A DNA stretch of 64,000 nucleotides, from the NCBI GenBank assembly GCA_965230585.1, contig CBDDLF010000007.1, positions 68,188 through 132,187 of the forward strand, given 5' to 3'. The notes under the pieces are model-generated. The model was given only the letters and a program-made list of their open reading frames with translations. It searched no databases and was not told the origin of the DNA. The translations under genes were made by a program, and so were the position numbers. How positions within the stretch are numbered: the first letter of the stretch is position 1; each line of letters starts with the position of its first letter. Source of the DNA: Crocinitomicaceae bacterium (GTDB lineage: Bacteria > Bacteroidota > Bacteroidia > Flavobacteriales_D > Crocinitomicaceae). Positions 38,007 to 47,242 of the stretch are shown piece by piece.

Positions 38007-38615
38007 GTGCTCAACATCCCGGCCAGACTCTGGATAGCGTCTTTCCTATTTTCAATCGCCATCGCCACTGCTCTCGACACCGACGCCCGCGATTTTGGAA
38101 AGCTCAACCCTGAGGCGCCGCCGGAAACTGCTCAATTTGCTTTCATGGTCGGGGAATGGGACTGCAAGACTCGCTTCATGAAACCCGACGGCAGCGGCTA
38201 CGGCGAAGGTCGAGCCAAATGGACGGCCTATTTCATCCTCGACGGCTGGGCCCTCCAAGATGAATGGATTTCCTCCCTGCCCAACGGCGGCAAAGCCCAC
38301 GGCACCAATATTCGTTCGTTCAATCCCGAAACTCGTCAGTGGGATAATCGTTGGCTGTCGTCCGGCAACTTGCAATGGAAATATTTTTCCGCTGAAAAAG
38401 TAGGCGACACCATGGTCATGACCGGCGAAGGTAGAGATGGTCGAGGTCCTTTCGTCGATCGCAATGTTTTTTACGAAATCACCGCAGACCACTGGAAATG
38501 GCGCAAGGATCGCAGCTGGGACGGAGGCAAGACTTGGATAGAAGGCATCGGCTACATCGATGCCAAGCGAGCCGGAAAAAAGACGGGGTCCGAGCCCAAA
38601 GCCGAGTCTCCTTAG
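38007..38615 (+). CDS. Secreted hypothetical protein (DUF1579-like guess)
   Basis: The GTG start follows AAGGAG and a signal peptide is present. The segment reads FMVGEWDCKTRF...WTAYFILDGWALQDEW. The family call is tentative. Confidence 0.5.
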   Translation: MLNIPARLWIASFLFSIAIATALDTDARDFGKLNPEAPPETAQFAFMVGEWDCKTRFMKPDGSGYGEGRAKWTAYFILDGWALQDEWISSLPNGGKAHGTNIRSFNPETRQWDNRWLSSGNLQWKYFSAEKVGDTMVMTGEGRDGRGPFVDRNVFYEITADHWKWRKDRSWDGGKTWIEGIGYIDAKRAGKKTGSEPKAESP

Positions 38616-38849
38616 AAACCAGGAGGGCGAGGCCGACGTTGCAAGGAGGATCCGGCGCACCAGAAGCTTCGAAGCCGTGCGATCTCGCAGCCATCGAGAA
38701 GCTTGGCAGAAAAACCGACAGCATCGCGACCGATTGCCGGAAAAAGGATCGAAGAAGAAAAAAGTGAATAGAAGTCGTCATGTGCTCGTAACATGATGAG
38801 CTGCCCTTCTTGGGTTCCTATTCACAATTCAACTCTGGAGAATCTGTAT

Positions 38850-41800
38850 ATGATTCGAGCGCTTTGCCATGTTTTATTTTTTTGTCCCATGTTCCTTTCC
38901 TTCCTTCTCGCAGAATCAGCCGCGGCCCAGCCCCAAGAGCCTCTCCGCGCGATATTTCTGAACATCGAGGCCCCCAACTCTTCACCCCAGCTGGCCGTGC
39001 ATTGGACCGGCGACCCCAACGCTCGACTATCCGTTTGGCTCGATCTCGACGGCGATGGCCGTGGGCAGGACTCCGAGCTAGTGATTCGAGACGTGTTGTT
39101 GCGGGACGAAATGAAGGTTTTTGAGCTCGAAGCTTCATTCGGAACCCCCGCATTGGAGCCACATTCCCAGGCCCTATTTCGAGTGACTTTGCACGACGAG
39201 GTCGTGAACGAATTTCTACAGCTGATTCGCGAGCCGGCTCCCTCCGTCGGCCCCGGTACGGGACCAGAACACTGTGAATGGTCGCCAGACTTCTACCAGC
39301 GCGATTTGGACGGCGCAGTGGAAAGCAGTGCTATTTTCGACGACGGTACCGGCCCAGCCCTCTTTGTGGGCGGCTCGTTTGGATCCGTCAATGCCACCAA
39401 GATCTCAAATATTGCTAAATGGGACGGCACTAGCTGGCATCCACTGGGCTCCGGCACGAACGGTACGGTCTACGCTCTCACGGTCTACGACGACGGCAGC
39501 GGTCCCGCACTCTATGCCGCGGGATCTTTCACCGAGGCCGGAGGCGTCAGCGCGAATCGCATCGCACGCTGGGACGGCACCGCTTGGCATCCCCTCGGAC
39601 AAGGTGTGGGCACCTTCAGGATTCATAAACTGACCGTCTATGACGACGGTAGCGGTCCCGCACTCTACGCGGGTGGCTATTTCTCCGAAGCGGGAGGGGC
39701 CGAGGCCCACAACATTGCTAAGTGGGACGGCGCGGCTTGGTCGGCGGTCGGCTCGGGAGTGAACGACCAAGTCCATGATCTACACGTTTTTGACGACGGC
39801 AACGGATCCGCCCTCTATGTGGGTGGCCGATTCTTTGCAGCGGGAGCGACCGGCGCCCAACATCTCGCAAAATGGGACGGATCGGCTTGGTCGGCGGTCG
39901 GCTCGGGCAGCGACCAACCCATTCGAGCCCTCCACACTTTCGATGACGGCAGCGGGCCGGCTCTCTACATCGGAGGAGAATTCACCACCGTCGACGGCGT
40001 GGCCGCCAGTCGGATCGCCAAATGGGACGGCACACAGTGGTCGTCCCTAGACGTTGGGGCAAACGGCTGGGTCTACGATCTGGCCGTCTACGACGACGGC
40101 GGCGGCTCGGCTCTTTACGCCGTAGGCAGCTTCCCGAACGCGGGCGGAATTTCCGCCGGGCGGGTCGCCAAGTGGGACGGCACACAGTGGCATTCGCTGA
40201 ATTCGCAGATTGAAAACACGGTCTACCACCTAAATGTCTTCGATGACGGCAGCGGATCAAAGCTCTATGTCGGAGGCCTTTTCACGATTCCCGGCGAGGC
40301 CAACCACATCGCGACGTGGGACGGCTCTGCTTGGAGCGCGCTCAGCAGCAGCCCCCCCACGGGCTTGGGGCTAAGCTCTGTCGTTGAAGATTTCGCGTTT
40401 TTCGACGACGGCAACGGACCCGCGCTCTATGCCGCGGGACACTTCCGCACCGCCGGCGGTGTCGCTGCCCAGCGCTTGGCAAAGTGGGACGGAACGAGCT
40501 GGCATGCACTGGGATCCGGCATAGACAATGCTGTCCTCGCTTTGGCGGTTTTCGACGACGGCAGCGGCCCCGCACTCTATGCCGGCGGCTTTTTCTTCGA
40601 GGCAGGTGGGGTACCCGCCAAGAGCATCGCCAAATGGGACGGCAGCGCGTGGTCACCCCTCGGCTCGGCACTCCAGGGCTTGATTTCGGACCTAGTGGTG
40701 TTCGACGACGGTGGCGGACCCGCACTCTACGCCAGCGGCCACTCTCTCTTCCTCAATGGCTCGGTCGCCGGGCCCATCGTCAAATGGGACGGTAGCTCGT
40801 GGTCAACTCTGGACGCGAGCCTGGGCTTCGGTGTCGGCACGGGAGTGAGCTCCTTGGCAGTGTTTGACGACGGCAACGGCCCTGACCTCTATGCTGCCGG
40901 CAACTTCACAACGATAGATGGAGTCCAAGCCGCCAACGTCGCCAAGTGGAACGGAACGAGCTGGTCCAGCTTGGGCGGTGGAACGAACAATCGGATCCGT
41001 CGTCTGGCAACCCTCGACGACGGCAACGGTCCTGCACTCTACGTGGGCGGCGACTTCACCTCTGTCGATGGCATCGATGCCCATCGAATCGCAAAATGGA
41101 ACGGCACCGACTGGTCTGCGATGGGCGCAGGTTTCGATAATTACGTCTTCGCCTTGGGTAGCTTCGACGACGGATCCGGTCCTGCCATTTATGCCGGAGG
41201 CTTCTTTCGATCTTCAGGTGCCACGCCGGTGAATCGACTCGCCCGATGGGACGGGTCTCAATGGCAGCCTATGGGCGCGGGCGTCAACGGGCCCATCGAC
41301 GCCATGATGCCCTACGACGACGGCCGTAGATCCTCTTTCTATATCGGCGGCAGCTTCACTGCTGCGGACGGATTGCCTTCCATGAGAGTCGCCAAATACA
41401 CGTGCTTTTCACCACCGAGCCTCAGCCTGCCCGCGCTCACTCACACCGCAGTCTCATCGTGGGTGGAGATTCCCATCGAGCTCCAAACCGGCGGTCGATC
41501 CCTGGATTCCGCCACATTCTCCATCGACTACGATGAAACTTGCCTCAACCCTGATCTCAACGGCGACGGCGTTCCGGACCACATCGAGCTCCAGCTTCCT
41601 GAGCTTCTTGAGGTCGACATCGCCTTCGACCCCCTCGACACCGACGGAGAGCTGGATCTGACCGTGAGCCTTCTCGAAGGTGCGGGCGAAGGCTTTCCCA
41701 ACCGCGGCGCAGACGACGGCTTGCCCGACGGTGCTCTGCTGACCATCGGATTCCAGGCCACCTGCTCGGCGGCTCCCGGCTCGTCCACCGACGCCGCCGT

Positions 41801-42623
41801 GGATTTCTCCCTCGACCCCGAGGTGGGTTTTGGAACGAGCCTGGGACAGAACATCTCCGGCAACGTCACCAACGGCGTGGTCCGGATTTGGTCGGGAGAC
41901 CCGGGGGATTGCAATGCCGACGGCATGGTCGATTCCGGCGATCTCGAAGCCACGGCGCTCGAAATTTTCGACGCCGACGGCGAAGCTTGGCTCGACGCCC
42001 CGGGCGGTACCTTCTCCGGAAGCCCCGTGGGCTGCGATGCCAATGCCGACCTTCAGATCCGAGCGGCGGACCTCGTCTGTGCGAATCTGCTGAGCACCGA
42101 AACCGCGTGCGATTCCAGCGGCGATCTCCAGAGCCAAAACGAGCTTGAGATCTCGACCCGTTGGCGGGAGGGCGTGTCGTGGATTCGTCTTGAGGTGACG
42201 TCGGAGCAGCTCGAGCCGAATAATCCCATCGGCGGTTTTGCCCTTTCCCTCGACTTCGACCCGGCCCTTTTCGATCTCGGCTCGGTCGACGCGGACGCCG
42301 ACGGCGTGCCGGACCTCCTGCGTTTTCCCCAGGGTCAGCCTGGATCGGTCATCGTGCTCTGGAGTGATAGCGACACCGACGGCGAGCTCGACCTCGCCAT
42401 CGCCGATCTCGACCAGCTGCCCCTTCCCGAAGGGATCGTCGTAGAAGTCGGCGTGCCCGCCAATCATCTTTTCGAAGGTGGGATCACCGCCTCCCAAGAT
42501 CCAGCCCCATCGTTCGCCTCACCGCACGGCGCGGATTTGACCTCCAGCGTCCAGATCCGATCGGGCATCTTCGTCGACGGTTTCGAATCCGGCGACACCT
42601 CCCAGTGGATCGGCTCTGACTAA
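38850..42623 (+). CDS. Giant secreted protein: about 14 tandem propeller-blade repeats of about 57 aa, cohesin/dockerin-like region, DGFESGDTSQW tail
   Basis: The preferred ATG at 38850 follows GGAGAA and gives the signal peptide MIRALCHVLFFCPMFLSFLLAESAAA. The repeat reads IAKWDG.(A/S)W..LG.G....V.AL.VFDDGSGPALY.GG.F..AGG. The protein ends GIFVDGFESGDTSQWIGSD. Confidence 0.85.
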   Translation: MIRALCHVLFFCPMFLSFLLAESAAAQPQEPLRAIFLNIEAPNSSPQLAVHWTGDPNARLSVWLDLDGDGRGQDSELVIRDVLLRDEMKVFELEASFGTPALEPHSQALFRVTLHDEVVNEFLQLIREPAPSVGPGTGPEHCEWSPDFYQRDLDGAVESSAIFDDGTGPALFVGGSFGSVNATKISNIAKWDGTSWHPLGSGTNGTVYALTVYDDGSGPALYAAGSFTEAGGVSANRIARWDGTAWHPLGQGVGTFRIHKLTVYDDGSGPALYAGGYFSEAGGAEAHNIAKWDGAAWSAVGSGVNDQVHDLHVFDDGNGSALYVGGRFFAAGATGAQHLAKWDGSAWSAVGSGSDQPIRALHTFDDGSGPALYIGGEFTTVDGVAASRIAKWDGTQWSSLDVGANGWVYDLAVYDDGGGSALYAVGSFPNAGGISAGRVAKWDGTQWHSLNSQIENTVYHLNVFDDGSGSKLYVGGLFTIPGEANHIATWDGSAWSALSSSPPTGLGLSSVVEDFAFFDDGNGPALYAAGHFRTAGGVAAQRLAKWDGTSWHALGSGIDNAVLALAVFDDGSGPALYAGGFFFEAGGVPAKSIAKWDGSAWSPLGSALQGLISDLVVFDDGGGPALYASGHSLFLNGSVAGPIVKWDGSSWSTLDASLGFGVGTGVSSLAVFDDGNGPDLYAAGNFTTIDGVQAANVAKWNGTSWSSLGGGTNNRIRRLATLDDGNGPALYVGGDFTSVDGIDAHRIAKWNGTDWSAMGAGFDNYVFALGSFDDGSGPAIYAGGFFRSSGATPVNRLARWDGSQWQPMGAGVNGPIDAMMPYDDGRRSSFYIGGSFTAADGLPSMRVAKYTCFSPPSLSLPALTHTAVSSWVEIPIELQTGGRSLDSATFSIDYDETCLNPDLNGDGVPDHIELQLPELLEVDIAFDPLDTDGELDLTVSLLEGAGEGFPNRGADDGLPDGALLTIGFQATCSAAPGSSTDAAVDFSLDPEVGFGTSLGQNISGNVTNGVVRIWSGDPGDCNADGMVDSGDLEATALEIFDADGEAWLDAPGGTFSGSPVGCDANADLQIRAADLVCANLLSTETACDSSGDLQSQNELEISTRWREGVSWIRLEVTSEQLEPNNPIGGFALSLDFDPALFDLGSVDADADGVPDLLRFPQGQPGSVIVLWSDSDTDGELDLAIADLDQLPLPEGIVVEVGVPANHLFEGGITASQDPAPSFASPHGADLTSSVQIRSGIFVDGFESGDTSQWIGSD

Positions 42624-42675
42624 GCTGTCCTGTTGATCCGAAACTGGGCCTGGGCCCTAGCCCACTAGATCAACA

Positions 42676-42709
42676 GCAGACGCCGGTCGAATTTCCGACC
42701 GGCGTCTGC
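42676..42709 (+). terminator. Strong hairpin after the stop codon (14-bp stem, no clear U-tract)
   Basis: gcagacgccggtcg, loop aatttc, cgaccggcgtctgc. Confidence 0.55.
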
Positions 42710-42720
42710 CGTGTTCTGAG

Positions 42721-42950
42721 GTCTCAGAAACCCGTCCGGAAACAACCAGGCACCTGCCTGGGGGCTGAAACTTGCTGCCCGAGGAAACCGTGCCCACGGA
42801 AACTACGTGGCACCTGCCTGAAGGCCGTCCGGAAAGGCCGTCCGGAAAGGCCGTCCGGAAATCACGGGACACCTGTTTCGAAGCCGTCCGGAAACTACAT
42901 GGCACCTCCCTGGAGGCTTCCCGGAAACTTCGCCAGACCTTCGGCTGCCG
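42721..42950 (+). repeat. Long degenerate REP-like array
   Basis: Two good cores are present: ggaaactacgtggcacctgcc at about 42798 and ggaaactacatggcacctccc at about 42889. Several decayed ones are also present (ggaaacaaccaggcacctgcc, ggaaatcacgggacacctg), along with ccgtccggaaagg repeats. Confidence 0.8.
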
Positions 42951-43122
42951 AGGCGTTCACAAGATACAAGTCTTGCATCCTTCTCCTGGTGGGTCTCGGT
43001 CTGGCCATAAATCTGGTCAACATCGTGTTGCCTTCGTGGGCAGGACTACACCCTCCGTTGGCAGAGCTGCTCGTATTCCTCACTAAATCGCTCAAAAAAC
43101 ATCTACTTTCATCCACTTTCAC

Positions 43123-43139
43123 CTGGCATGCCCATTGCT
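43123..43139 (+). promoter_or_regulatory. Sigma-54 promoter candidate (CTGGCAT-GCCCA-TTGCT)
   Basis: TGGCAT is at 43124..43129 and TTGCT at 43135..43139. The GG-N10-GC spacing is exact. The site is 80 nt upstream of the ATG at 43219. Confidence 0.6.
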
Positions 43140-43218
43140 CTTTCCGAGGGTACGTCACAGCCCGCGTCAGGGTTTACGACCTTCGTTTTACTTTCCACTT
43201 TCTGAAAGGGACAAACGC

Positions 43219-46200
43219 ATGCAATTCCGTTGGAAATTCCTTAACTGTCTCGTTCTCTCGGCGATCACCGTCTCGTCGGTAGCCTTCGGGGCGGCACCCT
43301 CTGTTAACCGTCCGTCGCCTTTCCCGAATTACACGGTTGGTGACCTCGCGACTGTGATCATCTCCACCAATCCCGCGCAGGCCAACGCCCCAGTATATCG
43401 CTTCCGCTACAAAAACGGCCAGCCCGATGGTGATCAGCCCACACACATCGGCAATACCGGTGCCGATGGACGTCTCGCAATCGAAAACTTGCCGCTCGGC
43501 TTGGGCAATATTGGCGACTATACAAACGAGCAATTCGCCGTCGGTAGCCCGACGGGACAACGATCGAGCTCCATCAGCTACAGCATCCATGCAGCCAGCG
43601 CGCCGGATTCTTCCAGACCTTGGCCGTATCCGGATTATGAGATCGGCGAGCCGGCGACCAACATCATCACCACCAGCCCGGCCCAGGCGAATCAACCAGT
43701 CTACCGCTATCGTTACAAAAACGGCCTGCCCGACGGTCAACAGGGCATCTTGATCGGCCACACCAATGCTCAGGGATCGCTGACCATCCAAGCCACGCCC
43801 ACCGCGGCCGAAATCGGCCACTACACCATCGAGCGCTTCGCCGTCGGCACCGTGAGTGGCCCGAAGTCCAGCTCCAACAACTACTACGTGCATGCAGCGA
43901 ATGGGCCGTCGGCTGTCCGCTTTGCTCCGTTCCCGAGCTACGAGGTCGGAGATACCGCTGTGCTCGATATTTTCACGTCTCCCGCCCAGGCCAATCAAAA
44001 GGTTTATCGCTATCGTTATAAAGACGGCTCGGCCGACGGCAACCAGCCCACCTTGATCGGCATCACCAACTCCCTCGGTAGGCTGCGCAACACCTATGTG
44101 CTTGAGCAGAGCGATATCGGCACCTATTCCAGCGAACGCTTCGCCGTCGGCACTCCTACAGGTCCGACGTCAACATCCTTGAATTTTGTGGTCAGTAGCG
44201 CTGAACAGTCTCCGGTGGCTCCCACTGCAGAACGTCCCGCTCCCTTCCCGGATTACCAAGTAGGAGACACGGCCAGGCTGATCGTCACCACCGATCCGCC
44301 GCAGGCCGGGCAAGCGGTATATCGATACCGATTACGGGACGGACAACCCGACGGCGCCCAGCCGACCCACATCGGCAATACGGACGCATCCGGTGTTTAC
44401 GACATCAGCCTGCCGTTGTCGGAATCCGAAATCGGCACCTATTCCGATGAACGCTTCGCTGTCGGCGACCCTAGCGGACCAACCTCCGCTCCCAACACCT
44501 ACACGGTCTCCGAGCGGACGGGCCCAACCATTGATTCCATTTCCATCGATCGCTTGGCCCAAGGTGTGGTGACCCACGTGTTGGTGCAGGGCGAGAACCT
44601 CAACGGCGCATCGGTGTGGGTCGATGGTGCCGGCACACTGCCCACCGCATCTGTGTCCAGCGAGGCCGCGGACGGTACGTGGCTCAACGTGGCCATCGAC
44701 ACCACCGCCGCTGGGATCCGAGGCTATTTCACCCTACTGGTCAGCCAGGACGTCGATAACTACGACCGCGCCGCCTTTGAGGTCGCGCCACCGGGACCGG
44801 CGATCAACGGCTTCACCCCGCCGTATCCCAATCGGGGCCAGTCCTATTTGTTGGTGATTTTCGGCCAGAATCTAGGCGAGGCCACCGTGACCAGCAGCAA
44901 TCCAGACTACGTGCAGGTGTTGGCACCGGGAAGCGGTGAGGCGTCCGTGCACGCCCAGCCCAACAATCCGCCTCCAGTCGACACAGACGTCGACGGAGCG
45001 ATCCAGGGCATCTTGCAGGTCGCGGCGAATGCCCCGTTGGGTCCGGTTCAGCTGTTGGTCGAGAATTCCCAGGGCGCCACAGCCGTCACCCTCAACATCA
45101 CCGACGGCGGACTGGCAATGTTCGCAAACGTCAACCAGATCAACCTCACAGAGAGGGCCACCGGCAAAGCTGGACGTTCTCCTGAGCTGGTCCCAGACCT
45201 GATGGTGCAGGACTTCCACCTAGACCATCAGCTCACTTTCTCCAAAACCGGCCGAATGGAGCCGCACGCGGATTGCGCCGGCAGCGCATCATTTCGAGCC
45301 TTCAAACAAGAAGCCAAGGTTTACGCGCTCAAAGACACTGGCGAAGCTTTGACCTGGGCCAGCCTATTACTGGGAGTCCCCCAGGATTTCAGCGTGCTGA
45401 CGGTGGCCGCCTACATCGACGCCGAAGCTCGCCTATTCTGGAATTGCGATCCACCGTGGGACGAATCCCAGCTCGATTGGCGTATTTCCCTCGGTTTCGA
45501 GGTCGTGGGCCTCTTCAGCCTGGAGCTGACCGTTCGTCCCGACAACGGTCGCATCATCATCATGAGGGAAGCCCAGAGCATTTTCGATCGATTCGATTTC
45601 GGTCGAATCGGGCAGTCGGACGACTGCGTGGATATCTCGTCCGAGCCCTATGACCCCTTGAATTTCTCCGGCACTCGCCAGTTCCAGCTCACCCAATCCC
45701 GCTGTTGCCCGGGCGAGGTGCCGATCAGCTTCGCAGCGTCCATCTTCCAAGCATCACCGGTGGCCTCCGCAGACCTGATCGCCAACGAAGCCGTGGTCAT
45801 GAGGACCGAGCCCGAGGAAGAGGACTGCCCGTGCTTCGCCAACGACGACAGCCCCAGTCAATGCCCGTTCAATACCCTAAAAGTCCAAGAAGTGTCCTTC
45901 GAGCAGGACATATCCATTGTGAAAGATCAGAGAAACAGTCTTACACCCATCACGGATCCCGTTTGGATCAATCACAACGGCGAAACAGCACCGGAAAAGA
46001 ACGAGCCGGTCGCTTATATGCGGAATCAACAACTCGCCGTCAAAGCCAAATTCAGCATCAGCCCAGCCCTGGAAGACCCGTTCCCCGTCACTTTCCGAGC
46101 CAAGGGTCCGGACAATATGGTTTTTTGGAGCCAAGAGATCCAGATGGTCGGAAAACAAGTGACCGTTCCCCTGGTGTCGGACATATTGGCCCCCAACCAC

Positions 46201-47100
46201 ACCAAGCACTACAAGCCGATGACACTGACTTGGGAGTATTGCGAGCAGGATCCGGTCAACTGTGTGGACGACTCGGATTTCTTCATGGCAGGCCAAACTC
46301 GGCATGAGGTCTACTTGACCCTTGACCACACACCGACGAACGTCTTTTTGAGCGTGCTGGCCCTATCGATCAACGCGGGCGGCGCCACAACCCGGGACCA
46401 AGCCGCTTGGGACGCTTGGACGAATTTCATGAACCTGGATGTGACCACCTGGGACGACCGAAAGCTCTTCTACTATCGGCAGGGTGTAGGTTTCCAACAG
46501 GCCTGCACTACGGTTGAGCAACTTCTGATCGGCACCGGAGACGGGGGTTGCGATGCCTTTGCCAAGCTCTTGAAGAGAGTGCTTGCAGTGCACGGTGTCG
46601 CTTCTACCATCAATAAGGTGGCCGTGAGAGACAGCTGCCGAGTCGTAGGCGACCAATTGCTAGGTGATTGCTGGTTCCTCGTAGGAAACTTCAACTTCTG
46701 GCGCGAGTCCGAGCCAAGCGCGCCAGAGTACAAATGGAGGATGAACCTCTTCAACGAGGGCGTTGGCCTGGGAATGGTTCCAGCCCCTCCCCACCACAAA
46801 TTCGGCGACCTGGAAAGCCAGACCGGGATTCCGGGGCAGAACAGCCCCATGCCTTCGGAGAAGGTTTTTGGTGAGCACTATGTGCTCTACGTGCCGGACC
46901 TCACCAGCTACGGGTTCCCCGTCTACCTGGATCCCAGCTACGGAACGCACTACTTCAACGAGCTCGATTTCGAGCTTGGAGCCGTAGTCGGATACGGTAC
47001 GACTATCGACAGTCCCCGGATCCAGGTCAGGAAGCCGAGACCCGGCGAGGGTAATATTCGTTTCATACCGCAGTTTTTCAACCAGATCGATAAGGAATAG
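43219..47100 (+). CDS. Large secreted protein: four repeats of about 100 aa, IPT/TIG-like domains, transglutaminase-like (papain-fold) C-terminal domain
   Basis: The ATG at 43219 gives the signal peptide MQFRWKFLNCLVLSAITVSSVAFG. The repeats read PFP.Y.VGD......T.PAQAN..VYRYRYK.G.PDG.QP..IG.T...G......IG.Y..ERFAVG. A Cys/His/Asp set lies in transglutaminase-like context (GDGGCDAFAKLLKRVLAVHGV, GEHYVLYV, VYLDPSYG). Confidence 0.8.
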   Translation: MQFRWKFLNCLVLSAITVSSVAFGAAPSVNRPSPFPNYTVGDLATVIISTNPAQANAPVYRFRYKNGQPDGDQPTHIGNTGADGRLAIENLPLGLGNIGDYTNEQFAVGSPTGQRSSSISYSIHAASAPDSSRPWPYPDYEIGEPATNIITTSPAQANQPVYRYRYKNGLPDGQQGILIGHTNAQGSLTIQATPTAAEIGHYTIERFAVGTVSGPKSSSNNYYVHAANGPSAVRFAPFPSYEVGDTAVLDIFTSPAQANQKVYRYRYKDGSADGNQPTLIGITNSLGRLRNTYVLEQSDIGTYSSERFAVGTPTGPTSTSLNFVVSSAEQSPVAPTAERPAPFPDYQVGDTARLIVTTDPPQAGQAVYRYRLRDGQPDGAQPTHIGNTDASGVYDISLPLSESEIGTYSDERFAVGDPSGPTSAPNTYTVSERTGPTIDSISIDRLAQGVVTHVLVQGENLNGASVWVDGAGTLPTASVSSEAADGTWLNVAIDTTAAGIRGYFTLLVSQDVDNYDRAAFEVAPPGPAINGFTPPYPNRGQSYLLVIFGQNLGEATVTSSNPDYVQVLAPGSGEASVHAQPNNPPPVDTDVDGAIQGILQVAANAPLGPVQLLVENSQGATAVTLNITDGGLAMFANVNQINLTERATGKAGRSPELVPDLMVQDFHLDHQLTFSKTGRMEPHADCAGSASFRAFKQEAKVYALKDTGEALTWASLLLGVPQDFSVLTVAAYIDAEARLFWNCDPPWDESQLDWRISLGFEVVGLFSLELTVRPDNGRIIIMREAQSIFDRFDFGRIGQSDDCVDISSEPYDPLNFSGTRQFQLTQSRCCPGEVPISFAASIFQASPVASADLIANEAVVMRTEPEEEDCPCFANDDSPSQCPFNTLKVQEVSFEQDISIVKDQRNSLTPITDPVWINHNGETAPEKNEPVAYMRNQQLAVKAKFSISPALEDPFPVTFRAKGPDNMVFWSQEIQMVGKQVTVPLVSDILAPNHTKHYKPMTLTWEYCEQDPVNCVDDSDFFMAGQTRHEVYLTLDHTPTNVFLSVLALSINAGGATTRDQAAWDAWTNFMNLDVTTWDDRKLFYYRQGVGFQQACTTVEQLLIGTGDGGCDAFAKLLKRVLAVHGVASTINKVAVRDSCRVVGDQLLGDCWFLVGNFNFWRESEPSAPEYKWRMNLFNEGVGLGMVPAPPHHKFGDLESQTGIPGQNSPMPSEKVFGEHYVLYVPDLTSYGFPVYLDPSYGTHYFNELDFELGAVVGYGTTIDSPRIQVRKPRPGEGNIRFIPQFFNQIDKE

Positions 47101-47117
47101 CGCTTACCTTCAGCTAG

Positions 47118-47160
47118 CCCCTCACCACGGTCGATTCCGACCGTGGTGAGGGGTTTTATT
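47118..47160 (+). terminator. Rho-independent terminator
   Basis: 16-bp perfect stem cccctcaccacggtcg/cgaccgtggtgagggg with a 4-nt loop, followed by TTTTATT. Confidence 0.9.
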
Positions 47161-47242
47161 AGATGGACCAAGCAAACATCGTCGACGATTTCGAACATGG
47201 AATCTCAGAGAACGTGAGTAGAAAGCTCTATGAGCTCATATT

